Source of the DNA: a virus
Taxonomy: Duplodnaviria > Caudoviricetes
Virus record (IMG/VR): IMGVR_UViG_3300021964_010723
Reading direction: 5' to 3' (one strand)
DNA length: 64,000 nucleotides
Shown piece after piece: positions 16,119-28,000 of this stretch (the first letter of the stretch is position 1; each line of letters begins with the position of its first letter). Both the position numbers and the translations under genes were made by a program. The notes under the pieces were generated by a model. It saw nothing but the letters and a program-made list of their open reading frames with translations. It had not been told where the DNA came from and ran no database searches.

Positions 16119-18139
16119 TGGCATCTACTACTCCGCGAGGACAATTTTCAAGAGGTGCAAGGCCTGTATGGATGAAGGGAGTAGGACCTTATCTAGGACG
16201 GGTAGCAAATCATTTAGATACAGAATATATGGGGAGTATTGAAGTTGAAATTTTAAAAACTACTGAAGCAGGTAGTCCTACTGAATCTAGTGGATATTAT
16301 ATTCCATGTACATATGTAAGTCCTTTCCTTGGACAAACTCCAAGGAAAGGTGTACAAAATACAGACAAATTTGATTATACCCAAAAAAGTTATGGATTTT
16401 GGGCTGTTCCTCCTGACATAGATACAAAAGTTTTAGTATTAATGGCTGAAAATAATTTTGGTTTTGGGTTTTGGATAGGATGTGTTCAAGATAAATTTAT
16501 GAATTTTATGATGCCTGGTAATGCATCAACATCCTACAGCAGTCAACCGGGTGGAGGAAAAGGTGGTGGAGGAGGAAAGTATGCAAATAAGATTGTACCA
16601 GTAGGTGAATATAACAAAGAGATATCAAAAGGCACAGGCAATGACCCTACACAATATTATAAACCAGTTGATACACGGCATGCAGATATTTTAGAAAAAC
16701 AAGGTTTAACTAAATGGTCAGAAAGTATAGTTGATCAAACTAGAGGTACAACTACTTCGAGTGCTCGGAGAGAAGTTCCTAGTATGGTAGTTGGATTAAG
16801 TAGTCCGGGTCATGTTGATAGGAAAGGTCCAACAGTGCAGTATGGAGAAAAGTTTGGACAAACAAATGTACCGTTTAGTAGATTAGGTGGCACAAGTTTT
16901 GTAATGGATGACGGAGATGAAAAAATTCTTCGTAAAAAACCTGCAAACACCGATCCTCCAGAATATGCTTATGTAGAAAAAAAACAATTTGATGGAGATG
17001 TAACATTACCTCATAATGAATTAACAAGATGGCGCACTCGCACAGGACATCAGATTGTAATGCACAATACTGAAGATTTAATTTATATTATTAATGCTCA
17101 AGGTAATGCTTGGATAGAATTAACAAGTAATGGAAAAATTGATATTTACTCAGACGATAGTGTTAGCATACATTCTGAAACTGATTTTAATTTGAAAGCA
17201 AATAGAGATATTAACTTAGAAGCCTCAGGTAATGTCAATATTAAAGCCAGAGAACAAATGCGTTTAGAATCTGGTAACGCAACTCATTGGAAAATTGGCA
17301 CAGCAGAAGTTAAGAAAGATCCTGCGTTACGTCCAGAATTAGGTATTAAAAACGATGATGGTACATGGAAATGGAATAGTTTTGAAGATTTGCCAACAGT
17401 AGCTCAACCAGGTGATAATTTGTATATAGATGTAAGCAGAGACGTGTATTGGAAGGTAGGAACCCATCCTAAACTAGGAGATTTTAAATTAGAAGTATCT
17501 CAAGACGGACATGCAACATTTGATAGAGATTTCTTTTTATTAGCAAAAAAGAACATCCATCAGCATTCAAATAAAGCTACATTCCATGAAGCAGATACAA
17601 CTTTTGATCAAAAATCAGGCAAAGAATTTTATCAATTATCTGGAGCTAACATGCACATAAGGAGTGATAAAGATTTGCGCTGTTATGCAGATGTAAATGC
17701 TATAGTAAAAAGTAAAACAAATTTTATCACAGCAATGAATGCAAATCATATGAAAGCAGCAAATATGAATTTTGTAACTGCAGGATCTAGTAATGAATAT
17801 AATGCTCCTGTTAATAATATGAGTCAAATTCAATATTTCGGCAGTGGTTCTGCAAAAGGTTCTAATGGTACCACTGCCGAAAAAGCCACAGATGCAATAG
17901 ATGCATTGTTGCCAGAGTGTGCTCATCATGCATTCATACCTATTAGGATTCCAACTCATGAACCATATCTTAGTCATGAAAATTTAAAGCCAGAAACTTT
18001 TTATCCTGACAAAACAGATAGTACAATATCAATTAATGACTCGTGTGATTTTGCAATAAATTATGAGCAAGAAGAAATTAAAACGCCTTTAATATTTAAG
18101 GGTGGTGCGCAAGAGGACACATTTAGGAAAGGTAAGTGA
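16118..18139 (+). CDS. gp5: Baseplate central spike (T4 gp5-like: OB-fold plus beta-helix; no lysozyme domain seen)
   Basis: N-terminal OB motif SYGFWAVPPDIDTKVLV, RWRTRTGHQIVMH, and beta-helix repeats GNAWIELTSNGKIDIYSDDSVSIHSETDFNL. Confidence 0.8.
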   Translation: MASTTPRGQFSRGARPVWMKGVGPYLGRVANHLDTEYMGSIEVEILKTTEAGSPTESSGYYIPCTYVSPFLGQTPRKGVQNTDKFDYTQKSYGFWAVPPDIDTKVLVLMAENNFGFGFWIGCVQDKFMNFMMPGNASTSYSSQPGGGKGGGGGKYANKIVPVGEYNKEISKGTGNDPTQYYKPVDTRHADILEKQGLTKWSESIVDQTRGTTTSSARREVPSMVVGLSSPGHVDRKGPTVQYGEKFGQTNVPFSRLGGTSFVMDDGDEKILRKKPANTDPPEYAYVEKKQFDGDVTLPHNELTRWRTRTGHQIVMHNTEDLIYIINAQGNAWIELTSNGKIDIYSDDSVSIHSETDFNLKANRDINLEASGNVNIKAREQMRLESGNATHWKIGTAEVKKDPALRPELGIKNDDGTWKWNSFEDLPTVAQPGDNLYIDVSRDVYWKVGTHPKLGDFKLEVSQDGHATFDRDFFLLAKKNIHQHSNKATFHEADTTFDQKSGKEFYQLSGANMHIRSDKDLRCYADVNAIVKSKTNFITAMNANHMKAANMNFVTAGSSNEYNAPVNNMSQIQYFGSGSAKGSNGTTAEKATDAIDALLPECAHHAFIPIRIPTHEPYLSHENLKPETFYPDKTDSTISINDSCDFAINYEQEEIKTPLIFKGGAQEDTFRKGK

Positions 18140-18588
18140 TGTTTAAAAATAGGTCTATATATAAAGAAATTAATATAAAAAGTAAAAATAATTCAAAAAA
18201 ATTTACTCCTGGATCAAAAGTTTACAGAGGCATAAGCACAGTAAATCCGCAAAATAAAACTACAGTGCTATATGATATAGCATTGATAAAGCAAGATATT
18301 TTTAATCATTTTCATATAAGACAAGGTGAATGTTTAAGTGATTTGCAATTTGGAACGATAGTATGGGATGTTCTGTTTGAACCGCTAACTCCGACGTTAC
18401 GTAACTTAATCATTGAAAATGTTAATGATATAATTAATAATGATCCCCGCGTATCAGTTAGTTCAGTTGTTATAGATGAGTATGAGTCTGGAATACAGAT
18501 TGAATGTAATTTAATTTACCTGCCTTACAATATTCAAGAAAGTATGCAACTAAATTTTGATAGAAACGCAGGGTTTTTTACGAATTAA
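18136..18588 (+). CDS. gp25: Baseplate wedge subunit (T4 gp25-like)
   Basis: LIKQDIFNHFHIRQGE, FGTIVWDVLFEPLT and DPRV motifs. Confidence 0.9.
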   Translation: MMFKNRSIYKEINIKSKNNSKKFTPGSKVYRGISTVNPQNKTTVLYDIALIKQDIFNHFHIRQGECLSDLQFGTIVWDVLFEPLTPTLRNLIIENVNDIINNDPRVSVSSVVIDEYESGIQIECNLIYLPYNIQESMQLNFDRNAGFFTN

Positions 18589-18607
18589 ATAGGTACTTTA
18601 AGTTGAA

Positions 18608-18614
18608 ATAAATA
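18608..18614 (+). promoter_or_regulatory. Probable late promoter (ATAAATA) upstream of gp6
   Basis: In the 52-nt intergenic gap, followed by the SD AAGGA before ATG 18641. Confidence 0.55.
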
Positions 18615-18640
18615 TTAGTTATAGATATAAGGAATAGTTT

Positions 18641-21600
18641 ATGGCATCTACTGATAGACAAAATAGATTGTTAGTAGCCGAAGATTGGAAAAGAATTTAT
18701 CAAACTTATCAGACAGCAGATTTTCAAAGTTATGATTTTGAAAGTCTAAAGAGAGTTATGATAAGTTATATAAGAGAAAATTACCCTGAAGACTTTAATG
18801 ACTATATTCAGAGTTCAGAGTATATTGCTTTAATTGATTTAATTGCATATTTGGGTCAAAATTTGTCATTTAGAGTTGATTTAAATGCAAGAGAAAATTT
18901 TCTTGAATTGGCTGAAAGGCGAGAAAGTATCTTACGATTAGCTAGGTTATTAAGCTATAATCCTAAAAGGAACGTAGGAGCTAGCGGATTATTAAAAATA
19001 ACAAGTGTTAGGACAACAGAAAATGCTACAGATTCAAACAATTTATCATTAACTAACCAAAATATTGTATGGAATGATCCTAGTAATCCTAATTGGTACG
19101 AGCAATTTATTAAAGTTTGTAACCTAGCATTTGACAATATAAATTTGTTCGGATCACCGTTAAAGAAAGAAAATATATCAAACATAGATACATCTGTATA
19201 TAGGGTTAATACGGCTGAGTTAGGAGATTTACCTTTATTTACAATAACAAAAACATTAGACGGGTCAAGCTATGATTTTGAAATTGTGCCAGCAGATATC
19301 AATGGGACTATAGTCGAAGATGCACCAGCTCCAAATAGTAAATTTAAAATATTATACAGAGAAGATGGTGTTGGACCTAATAGTCCTAATACAGGTTTTT
19401 TTTGTTTGTTTAAACAAGGTACATTGGATTATGGCGATTTTGAAGTTACAAATCCTAGCCAAAATCAATTAGTAACTGTAGATGCAATTAATGTTAATAA
19501 CGATGATGTTTGGTTATACAGTCTTAAAAATAGCACAGATATAGATACTCTTTGGACTAAGGTAGATTCAATAGAAGGTAATAATGTAATTTATAATGAT
19601 GTTGCAAAAAAAATTCGCACTGTTTACGGGGTTTTAACAAGGGTAAATGATAGGATTAGTTTAATTTTTTCTGACGGAATTTTTGGAGATTTACCGAAAG
19701 GAAACTTTAGAATTTATTATAGGACAAGTCGAAATCAAAATTTAGTAATCACTCCGAGAGATATGCTAGGAATTGGTTTAGATATAGAATATGTAAGTTC
19801 AAGTAATAAATTAGAAACTTTATCTTTAGTATTAGAATTACAGTATACCATTAATAATAGTTCAGTAAGTGAAGATAATGAGTCTATTAGGAAATTAGCT
19901 CCTATGAATTATTACACTCAAAATAGATTAATTACTGCAGAAGATTATCAAATAGGGCCTTTAGTGTCTAGTAATCAAATTGTTAAAGCAAAAAGTATTA
20001 ATAGAATTTCTAGTGGTATATCTAGATATTTTGATTTGACAGATGCAACAGGTGCTTATAGCAAAACAAATGTCTATGGCACAGATGGTATATTATATCA
20101 AGAATCTTTTGTAGATAAACTTACATTTAATTATAACAATGTGACAGAAATTGAAAATGTTTTGTTTAATGTAATTGATCCACTACTTAAAACGCAAAAA
20201 ATAAAAAATTATTATTATTCTAATGTTACAAGAATACCGTATACTGATCAAGGCATAAGTTGGGTTTCAGTAACAAACGATATAAATTTAAACACTGGGT
20301 ATTTAAAGAACGAAGCAAATGTAAAACAAGTGATAGGCCAAAGTACTACTTCAATTTTGCAGTATATAAAAATCAATACGCATATTAAATTTTATGCGCC
20401 TGCTGGATATTATTTTAACGCAGATAGAGAATTAGTACCTGGAGATGCAAATGTGCCTAATTCAACGACATATTTTTGGGTAAAAGTAATAGCAACATTT
20501 AATGATGGCACAGAATTAAATGAGGACGGTAGTGGACCTATATATTTTAATGATAAAATACCAACTGGGTCAGTATTAGGAGAAATACGGCCATTTCTAT
20601 CAAAAGGTATTACCGAGTCTGTAAAAACCGAAATGATAGATCAAATCACAGCTAATAAAACATTTGGTTTAAGATATGATCGTGTAGCGGATCAATGGTT
20701 AGTTGTTCTTGAAGAAGATTTGAATTTAGATAAACCTTTTAATTTAGGTAAATCTGGAGATACTACGGGTCAGAAATTAGATTCAAGTTGGTTGCTAAAA
20801 TTTTCAACCAATTTAACATTTTATACTGTTGAGTATAGAGCCAGTAGGTTCATATTTGAAAGTAAAAAAGAGGTTAATTTTTACTTTGACAAATCTGATA
20901 AAATTTACAATTCTGTAAATGGTGAAACAACAAAAGATAAAATTGTAGTTTTATCAATCAATACTAAACCTATAACAAACACAGATAATTTATCTTCATT
21001 TACAAAAGATTATGATTGGGCTATAACAAATAATTTTAGAGATCAACTAGGTTATATAACTAGTAAAAAAATCGAAGTAGATTTTTTTGATAGTGACGAT
21101 GACGGTGTATCAGATGATGAAGATTTATTCCAGGAAATTGTACAACCAAACGTAAATGATGAACCGTTTACTTTTATTTTTCAAAAGAAAGTAATTACAT
21201 CAAATGGAGTTGAAACATACAATTATGTTTCAAATGATGAGCTTAAAATAATAATAAAAAAAGGACTAGTTTATACAGGACCATTAAGTCAATATTCAGA
21301 TGGACAAATTGTTTATTTTGTAGCAGAAAATATTTTTCAAATTTTTAATAAAAGCATAAATTCTTTTTCTATAACTAATGATTATAAAGCATTTATAGGA
21401 AGAGATAAATTACAATTTAGATACTTACATGCAGCAGATTATGATAATAGAATAGACCCTAGTATTAGTAATATAATTGATGTTTATTTGTTAACAAAAT
21501 CTTATGATGATGCTTTTAGAGGTTATCTCAGCGGTAATGTTAAAGATGAGCCGTTGGTAATGTCATCTACTGATTTATATCTCAATTTTAGTGGACCATT

Positions 21601-22066
21601 AGAAAAGATAAAATCTGTCACAGATGAAATAATTTATCATCCTGCGCAATATAGAATGCTTTTTGGAAGTTTAGCGCATGCTGATTTACAAGGAATTTTT
21701 AAAGTAATTAAAAATGTTGACCTAGTAATTAATGATAATGATATAAAAGCAAAAGTCATTACTACTATTAATCAATTTTTTAGTATAGAAAATTGGTCGT
21801 TTGGTGAAACATTTTATATGTCTGAATTGACTGCATATGTAATGAAAGAAATGTCTCCTGATATTTCGTCTATAATTTTAGTTCCAAGATCTCCAAATTT
21901 ATCTTTTGGAAGTTTATATGAGGTAAGGGCTGAAGATAATGAAATATTAATTAGTTGTGCAACAGTAGCTGATGTTGAGATTATTGAAGAAATTAATGCA
22001 GAATCTTTGAATAGTGATGTAATTTCTAATGCAACAATACCACAAAATGGAATTCTAACCCAATAG
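18641..22066 (+). CDS. gp6: Baseplate wedge subunit (T4 gp6-like)
   Basis: DFESLKRVMISYIR, EYIALIDLIAYLGQNLSFRVDLNARENFLELAERRESILRLARLLSYNPKR, FSDGIFGDLP and QNRLITAEDY motifs. Confidence 0.9.
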   Translation: MASTDRQNRLLVAEDWKRIYQTYQTADFQSYDFESLKRVMISYIRENYPEDFNDYIQSSEYIALIDLIAYLGQNLSFRVDLNARENFLELAERRESILRLARLLSYNPKRNVGASGLLKITSVRTTENATDSNNLSLTNQNIVWNDPSNPNWYEQFIKVCNLAFDNINLFGSPLKKENISNIDTSVYRVNTAELGDLPLFTITKTLDGSSYDFEIVPADINGTIVEDAPAPNSKFKILYREDGVGPNSPNTGFFCLFKQGTLDYGDFEVTNPSQNQLVTVDAINVNNDDVWLYSLKNSTDIDTLWTKVDSIEGNNVIYNDVAKKIRTVYGVLTRVNDRISLIFSDGIFGDLPKGNFRIYYRTSRNQNLVITPRDMLGIGLDIEYVSSSNKLETLSLVLELQYTINNSSVSEDNESIRKLAPMNYYTQNRLITAEDYQIGPLVSSNQIVKAKSINRISSGISRYFDLTDATGAYSKTNVYGTDGILYQESFVDKLTFNYNNVTEIENVLFNVIDPLLKTQKIKNYYYSNVTRIPYTDQGISWVSVTNDINLNTGYLKNEANVKQVIGQSTTSILQYIKINTHIKFYAPAGYYFNADRELVPGDANVPNSTTYFWVKVIATFNDGTELNEDGSGPIYFNDKIPTGSVLGEIRPFLSKGITESVKTEMIDQITANKTFGLRYDRVADQWLVVLEEDLNLDKPFNLGKSGDTTGQKLDSSWLLKFSTNLTFYTVEYRASRFIFESKKEVNFYFDKSDKIYNSVNGETTKDKIVVLSINTKPITNTDNLSSFTKDYDWAITNNFRDQLGYITSKKIEVDFFDSDDDGVSDDEDLFQEIVQPNVNDEPFTFIFQKKVITSNGVETYNYVSNDELKIIIKKGLVYTGPLSQYSDGQIVYFVAENIFQIFNKSINSFSITNDYKAFIGRDKLQFRYLHAADYDNRIDPSISNIIDVYLLTKSYDDAFRGYLSGNVKDEPLVMSSTDLYLNFSGPLEKIKSVTDEIIYHPAQYRMLFGSLAHADLQGIFKVIKNVDLVINDNDIKAKVITTINQFFSIENWSFGETFYMSELTAYVMKEMSPDISSIILVPRSPNLSFGSLYEVRAEDNEILISCATVADVEIIEEINAESLNSDVISNATIPQNGILTQ

Positions 22067-22085
22067 TTAAAAAGGAAAATTTTAG

Positions 22086-25000
22086 ATGGCTTTTAAAAAT
22101 GATCAGATTGAACCAATTCTTCCTGCAGACGAATCTGAACAAAGGAAATCAGTAAATCATTTACCAAAATATTTTAGGACAGAATATAATCAAAAATTTC
22201 TATCTACAACATTAGATCAAATGATTCAGCCAGGAACAGTTGAGCAAATTAATGGTTTTTATGGTAGAAGAACTGCAAAAGCTTTTGATTATAACAAAGA
22301 TATCTATGTAAATGACATAACTCAAGAAAGGCAAGATTATCAATTAGAACCAGTTACTGTTGTAAAGGACGATCTAAATAATTTAAAGTATTATGCAGAT
22401 TATGTAGATTTTATAAATTACTTGAAAATTAGGAATACAAAAGATATTGATCATGATGTAGCTAACGCTGAAGAATATTACGCATGGAATCCGCATATAG
22501 ACTGGGATAAATTTGTAAATTTTAGAAATTATTATTGGTTACCTAACGGACCAGTAACACTAACAGTTGCAGGGCAAGAAAAAGAAGTTGAAAGCGAATA
22601 TACTATTAGATTACAGGATAATGTAGATAATTTTACATATATTTTTACACCAGATGGGTTAACGAATAATCCTACTATTACTCTTTACAGAGGACAAACT
22701 TATGTGTTTGATATCGATACTCCTAATTATCCAATAGCATTTGTTTCAAGAAAAACTTTTACTCCAGGCAGAGAATATAATGAAGCCACAGAGAATACAT
22801 CGTTGATTTATACAGATGGGCTAGTAAAAAAAGATGAAAATGGAATCATTACAGATGAACCTTTTTTATCAAAAGGTGTATTTGAGTTCGCTATACCAGA
22901 TAACGCTCCTGATGTTTTATTTTATATATCAAAAGATGATCCCAATTTATCAGGCACAATAAAGATTTATGATATTATAGAAAATACAGAAATAAATGTT
23001 GAAAAAGAAGTAATTGGTAAAAAAAATTATAAAACAAGTTCGGGTTGGAAGTTTTCAAATGGTATGAAAGTTCAATTTGCGGGTAATGTTTTTCCAAATT
23101 TGTATGGGGACGGAGAATGGTATGTAGAAGGAGTTGGAACTGCAATTAACTTAATTAATAGTAAAGATTTAGAATTGAATTCGTTATTTGTAGATGATAT
23201 TGAAGTAGAATTTGATAATAAAGGTTTTGATGACATGCCCTTTGATGAAGCCCTTGGTTATCCTAGTAAAAAAGATTATATAGTTATTAATAGGGCAAGT
23301 AATGACGGAAACTTATGGAGCAAATATAATCGTTGGTTTCACATAGATGTAATAGAAAAATCGTTAGAAATAAATCAGCAAATTCCTAGTGTAGATCAAT
23401 TTTCAAGAGCAAATAGACCTATAATTGAATTTGAACCAAATATAAAGCTACACGAATTTGGAACACAAAAAAAGCAAAATGTAAATTTGGTTGATGTCAT
23501 TACTACAGATGTTTTTTCTACAATTGAAGGTAGTATAGGTTATAATATAGATGGTATTGATTTGACTGAAGGTATGCGTATTTTGTTTTTAAACGATAAT
23601 GACATATTTGTTAAAAATAAAATTTTTAAAGTTTCTTTTGTAAACATTAACAACATTGTACAAATAACATTAAAAGAAGAAACAGATGCAGAACCTTTAA
23701 TTAATGAAAATGTTTTAATTACCCAAGGTAATCATAATAAAGGAAAATATTTTTATTATAACGGTCAAACATGGCAAAAAGGTCAGGAAAAGTATAGTAT
23801 AAATCAATCTCCTCTATTTGATATGTATGATGAAGAGGATGTTTGGTTAAAAGATGAATTAAAGTATCAATATAGTCAATTTAATGGAAATAAAATATTT
23901 TCGTATGCTATAGGACAAGGTAATGATGATAGTATATTAGGATTTCCATTACAATATCAAAATATAGAAAATAGCGGAGATATTGTTTTTATCTTTGATT
24001 TGTTAAATACTGAATTTTCATACAATAATAATAATAGTGTTACAATTTACAAAACAGATATTGCATTTTTAAGAAAGTACTATAATAAAGATAATTATGA
24101 ATTAATAAATGGATGGGAAAAGGCAAATACATATAGTCAGCAAAGTGTAATTTTGCAGTTATTGTCTACTAATGATAATATGTATGCCTTGGATATGTAT
24201 GAGTCAATCGACTTAAATGATTTTTGGATAAGGGTATTTGTAGATAATAGTTTGCAAGAGCAAAATATAGATTATAAATTAGTAACCGATGATAATAATT
24301 CTTATTTTTTACAATTTATAAAACAATTACCGCTCAACAGTAACATTGTAATAAAAACAAGATCTAGTAAGCCTAAAACTAATAGTGGGTTTTATGAAAT
24401 ACCGGCTAGTTTAGAAAAAAATCCTAGTAATGACAATTTATACCAATTTACTTTAGGAGAAGTAAATGATCATGTGGGCTCTATTGTAGAAGAACTTTCT
24501 AGTTTTACAGGAAATTTTCCAGGTATAGGAAACTTAAGAGATTTAGGAAATTTATCAAGTTATGGTAAGAAATTTTTGAAGCATTCAGCATTGTACAATT
24601 TGTATTCTTACCATATTTTAGATAAGCAAGCCAGTGTCGTAGATGCTGTCAGTTTTGCCCAAAAAGAATACTCTAAATTTAAAAGATTATTTTTACAAAC
24701 TATTTCTAACATTGGGTTCCAAGGAGGAACCCAACAGACATTTGAAAAAGTGTTGGAAGAAATTGTAAAAGGCAACTCAAAAGATTTGCCTTATTACTTC
24801 AGCGATATGATTGCTTATTCCGGTAAAAGAATAAATTCTAATTTAATTGTAGATGTAGATCAGCAATTTTTTCCTTTAAGTACAGATTTTAATTTAGATA
24901 CTGTGTCTAATAGGGCAGTTTTGGTCTATAAAAATGATATTTTACTTACGTATGGAGTTGATTATGATTTCTCTAATCCAGGATTTGTACGGGTATTTGG

Positions 25001-28000
25001 AAATAAAGAAGTAAATGATGTTATAGATGTTTATGAGTTTGAGAATACTTTTGGAAGCTTTGTCCCTCAAACTCCTACAAAACTTGGCTTATTTCCTAAA
25101 TATGTTCCTCGAATTTATATAGATGACAGTATTGTACGTAAGCAGTTAGATGGTAGTAGCGGGCCATTTAAGATTTATGGATTTACTAAAAAGGAAGGAT
25201 TAGGTTGGTATTATCCAATTTTTACTGATTATGCAGCAGCTGAACAATATGACAAAAATAATAGCGGTGACGGGGAAGTATCTATAGTAAAATTTGACGA
25301 TATTCCTACAGTTTTTTACATGCCTGTGTCAAGTAAAATAATTAGTATGAATGATACTGAACAATTTGATGCATGGTACCAAGACACAGTCGTAATCCAA
25401 GGTCATGACGGTAGTAAAATTAATGCTTTTAAGGATTTTAGAGATACTTTAATTTTAGAATTAGAAAAAAGAATTTATAACAATATTAAAGTAAATTATG
25501 ATAGCGACTTGTTTGATTTACACAAAATTTTACCAAGTTTTTACAGGAAAAATTTAGTTAAAAGAGAAAATTTATATAACGCAATGTTAAATGATTTTAT
25601 AAATTGGAGTAAATTAATTAATATAGAATATGCTCCTCATTTATATTTTGATTTAACCAATCCCTATACTTATAATTATTCAAGTTCTTTTCTTCACAAT
25701 GGAGAAAAAAGTCCAGGTTGGTGGAGAGCTATATATGAATATGTTTACGATACAGATAGACCTCATACTCATCCCTGGGAAATGTTAGGATTTACAGAAA
25801 AACCAGACTGGTGGGATACCGAATATGGGGTTGGACCTTATACTAACAACAATTTACCTTTATGGCAAGATTTAGAAAATGGAATTATTAGAAAACCTTC
25901 TTTTAAAATAGATGTAAGATTTGCTAGACCAGGATTAAGTAAAATTATTCCTGTAGATGAAAAAGGTAAATTACTTAATCCTGCTTTTGCAAATATTATT
26001 AAAGAATATAATAGGCAATCAATACAAGAAAGTTTTAATTTTGGAGATGGTGGTCCTGTTGAAACTGCTTGGAAAAGAACTAGTGAATATCCTTTTAGTT
26101 TATTAAAAGCTGCGATTTTGTTACAACCTGCGTATGTTTTTTCAGGTAGTTTTGATAGGATACAGCAGAAAAGAAATATTGCAGGACAAATAATTTACAA
26201 TGTAAGTAAAAATCATATACAGTTGTCTAGCTTGCAGTTTCCAGATGAAGTAGCTAATATATTTGCAAGTGGATTAATAAATTACATAGTAGAATATCAA
26301 AATAAACATTTTTTAAATAGGTTCAATGATTATGTTGATTGTGTAAAAAATTTAAAAAATCAGTTAGGATTTAAAGTAGGTGGCTTTACTGATAAAAGTA
26401 AATTTAAATTAATATTAGACAGTAGATCACCTCTTAATAAAGGAAATGTATTTGTTCCTGATGAAAATTATGACATTTATTTGAACACAAGTTTTCCTAT
26501 AAATGAGTTTATCTATAGCGGAGTATTAATTACAAAAGAAGCAGATGGATATTATGTTAAAGGTTATGATGAAAATTTTTCTAAATTTCCTTATTATGCT
26601 CCTAGTAAAAAGAATTCGGATACAGTCCTTAATGTAGGAGGAATAAGCGAAACTTTTGTAACATGGGAGGCTGGAAAAACATATTCAAAAGATGTTATAG
26701 TAAGGGTAGATGACGTATATTATAGAACAAAAATTACTCATGTAAGTGGAGATAATTTTGACACTTCAAAATTTTCAAAATTACCAAGGTTACCGATAAT
26801 TGGCGGAGCTGTAGCAAAGTATAGACATAGTTATGATAGTTTTATAAGCTATTTAGAGTACGGAACATTGTTGCCAGAAATACAAGATGTTGTTGATTTT
26901 TTATTAGGTTATGGTCATTATTTAGAAACTGTAGGATTTAAATTTGACAAATTTTTAGAAGATACAACAGAGATAGCAGATTGGGTATACAGCGTAAAGC
27001 AATTTTTGTTTTGGACAACACAAAATTGGGGAGCTGGATCGATTATAACATTGAGTCCGGCTGCTGATGAAATAAAGTTTCATAATGATTATGCAGTTGT
27101 AGGAAACACTTCTGCATCAAGTATAGGATATAGTATTCGTAAAGCTGACGGAACAGTAATTCCTAAAGAAAACTGTAAATTTTTTAGAGATACAGACAAT
27201 TCTTTTTCTGTTAAAGTGATTGATTATTCTGGAGGCATTTATTTTATTAAAATTCCTTTAGTTACAAAGGAACATATTGTTTTAATTGATAATACAACAA
27301 TTTTTAATGATATAATTTATGATCCTACACCTGGGTATAGACAAGAAAGGATAAAAGTAGCTGGGTATAGAACAGCAAGTTGGAATGGGTCTTTAAATAT
27401 TCCTGGATTTTTTTATGACAGAGCAATTGTTAAAAATTGGACAGTTTATACAGATTATAATGCAGGAGATGTTGTTAAATTTAAAGAATTTTATTATACT
27501 GCAAAACAAAAAATATTTGGAAGTGATAACTTTGAATTTAATAAATGGAAAAGATTAGACGAAACTCCTTCAGCCAAATTGTATTCTAATTTTGATTATA
27601 AAATAGAGCAATTTAAAGATTTTTATGATTTGGATAGCGATAATTTAGATACAAATCAACAGCGTATAGCACAGCATTTAATAGGCTATCAAAAAAGGAA
27701 ATATTTACAAAACATTATTAATAGCGATGTAAGTCAATATAAATTTTATCAAGGTTACATACAGGAAAAAGGCACACGTAATGCCTTAACCAAATTGTTT
27801 GATGTTTTGTCTTCTGCAGAACAAGATAGTTTAGAATTTTATGAAGAATGGGGCGTAAGAGTTGGTATTTATGGTGGTAATGAAACTTTTGATGAATTTG
27901 ATTATGTTTTAAAAGAGAAAGATTTTAATTTAAAACCACAACCTGTTTTATTATCAAATACAACTTCTAAAACTTTAGATTATATAAATCGAATAAAAAA

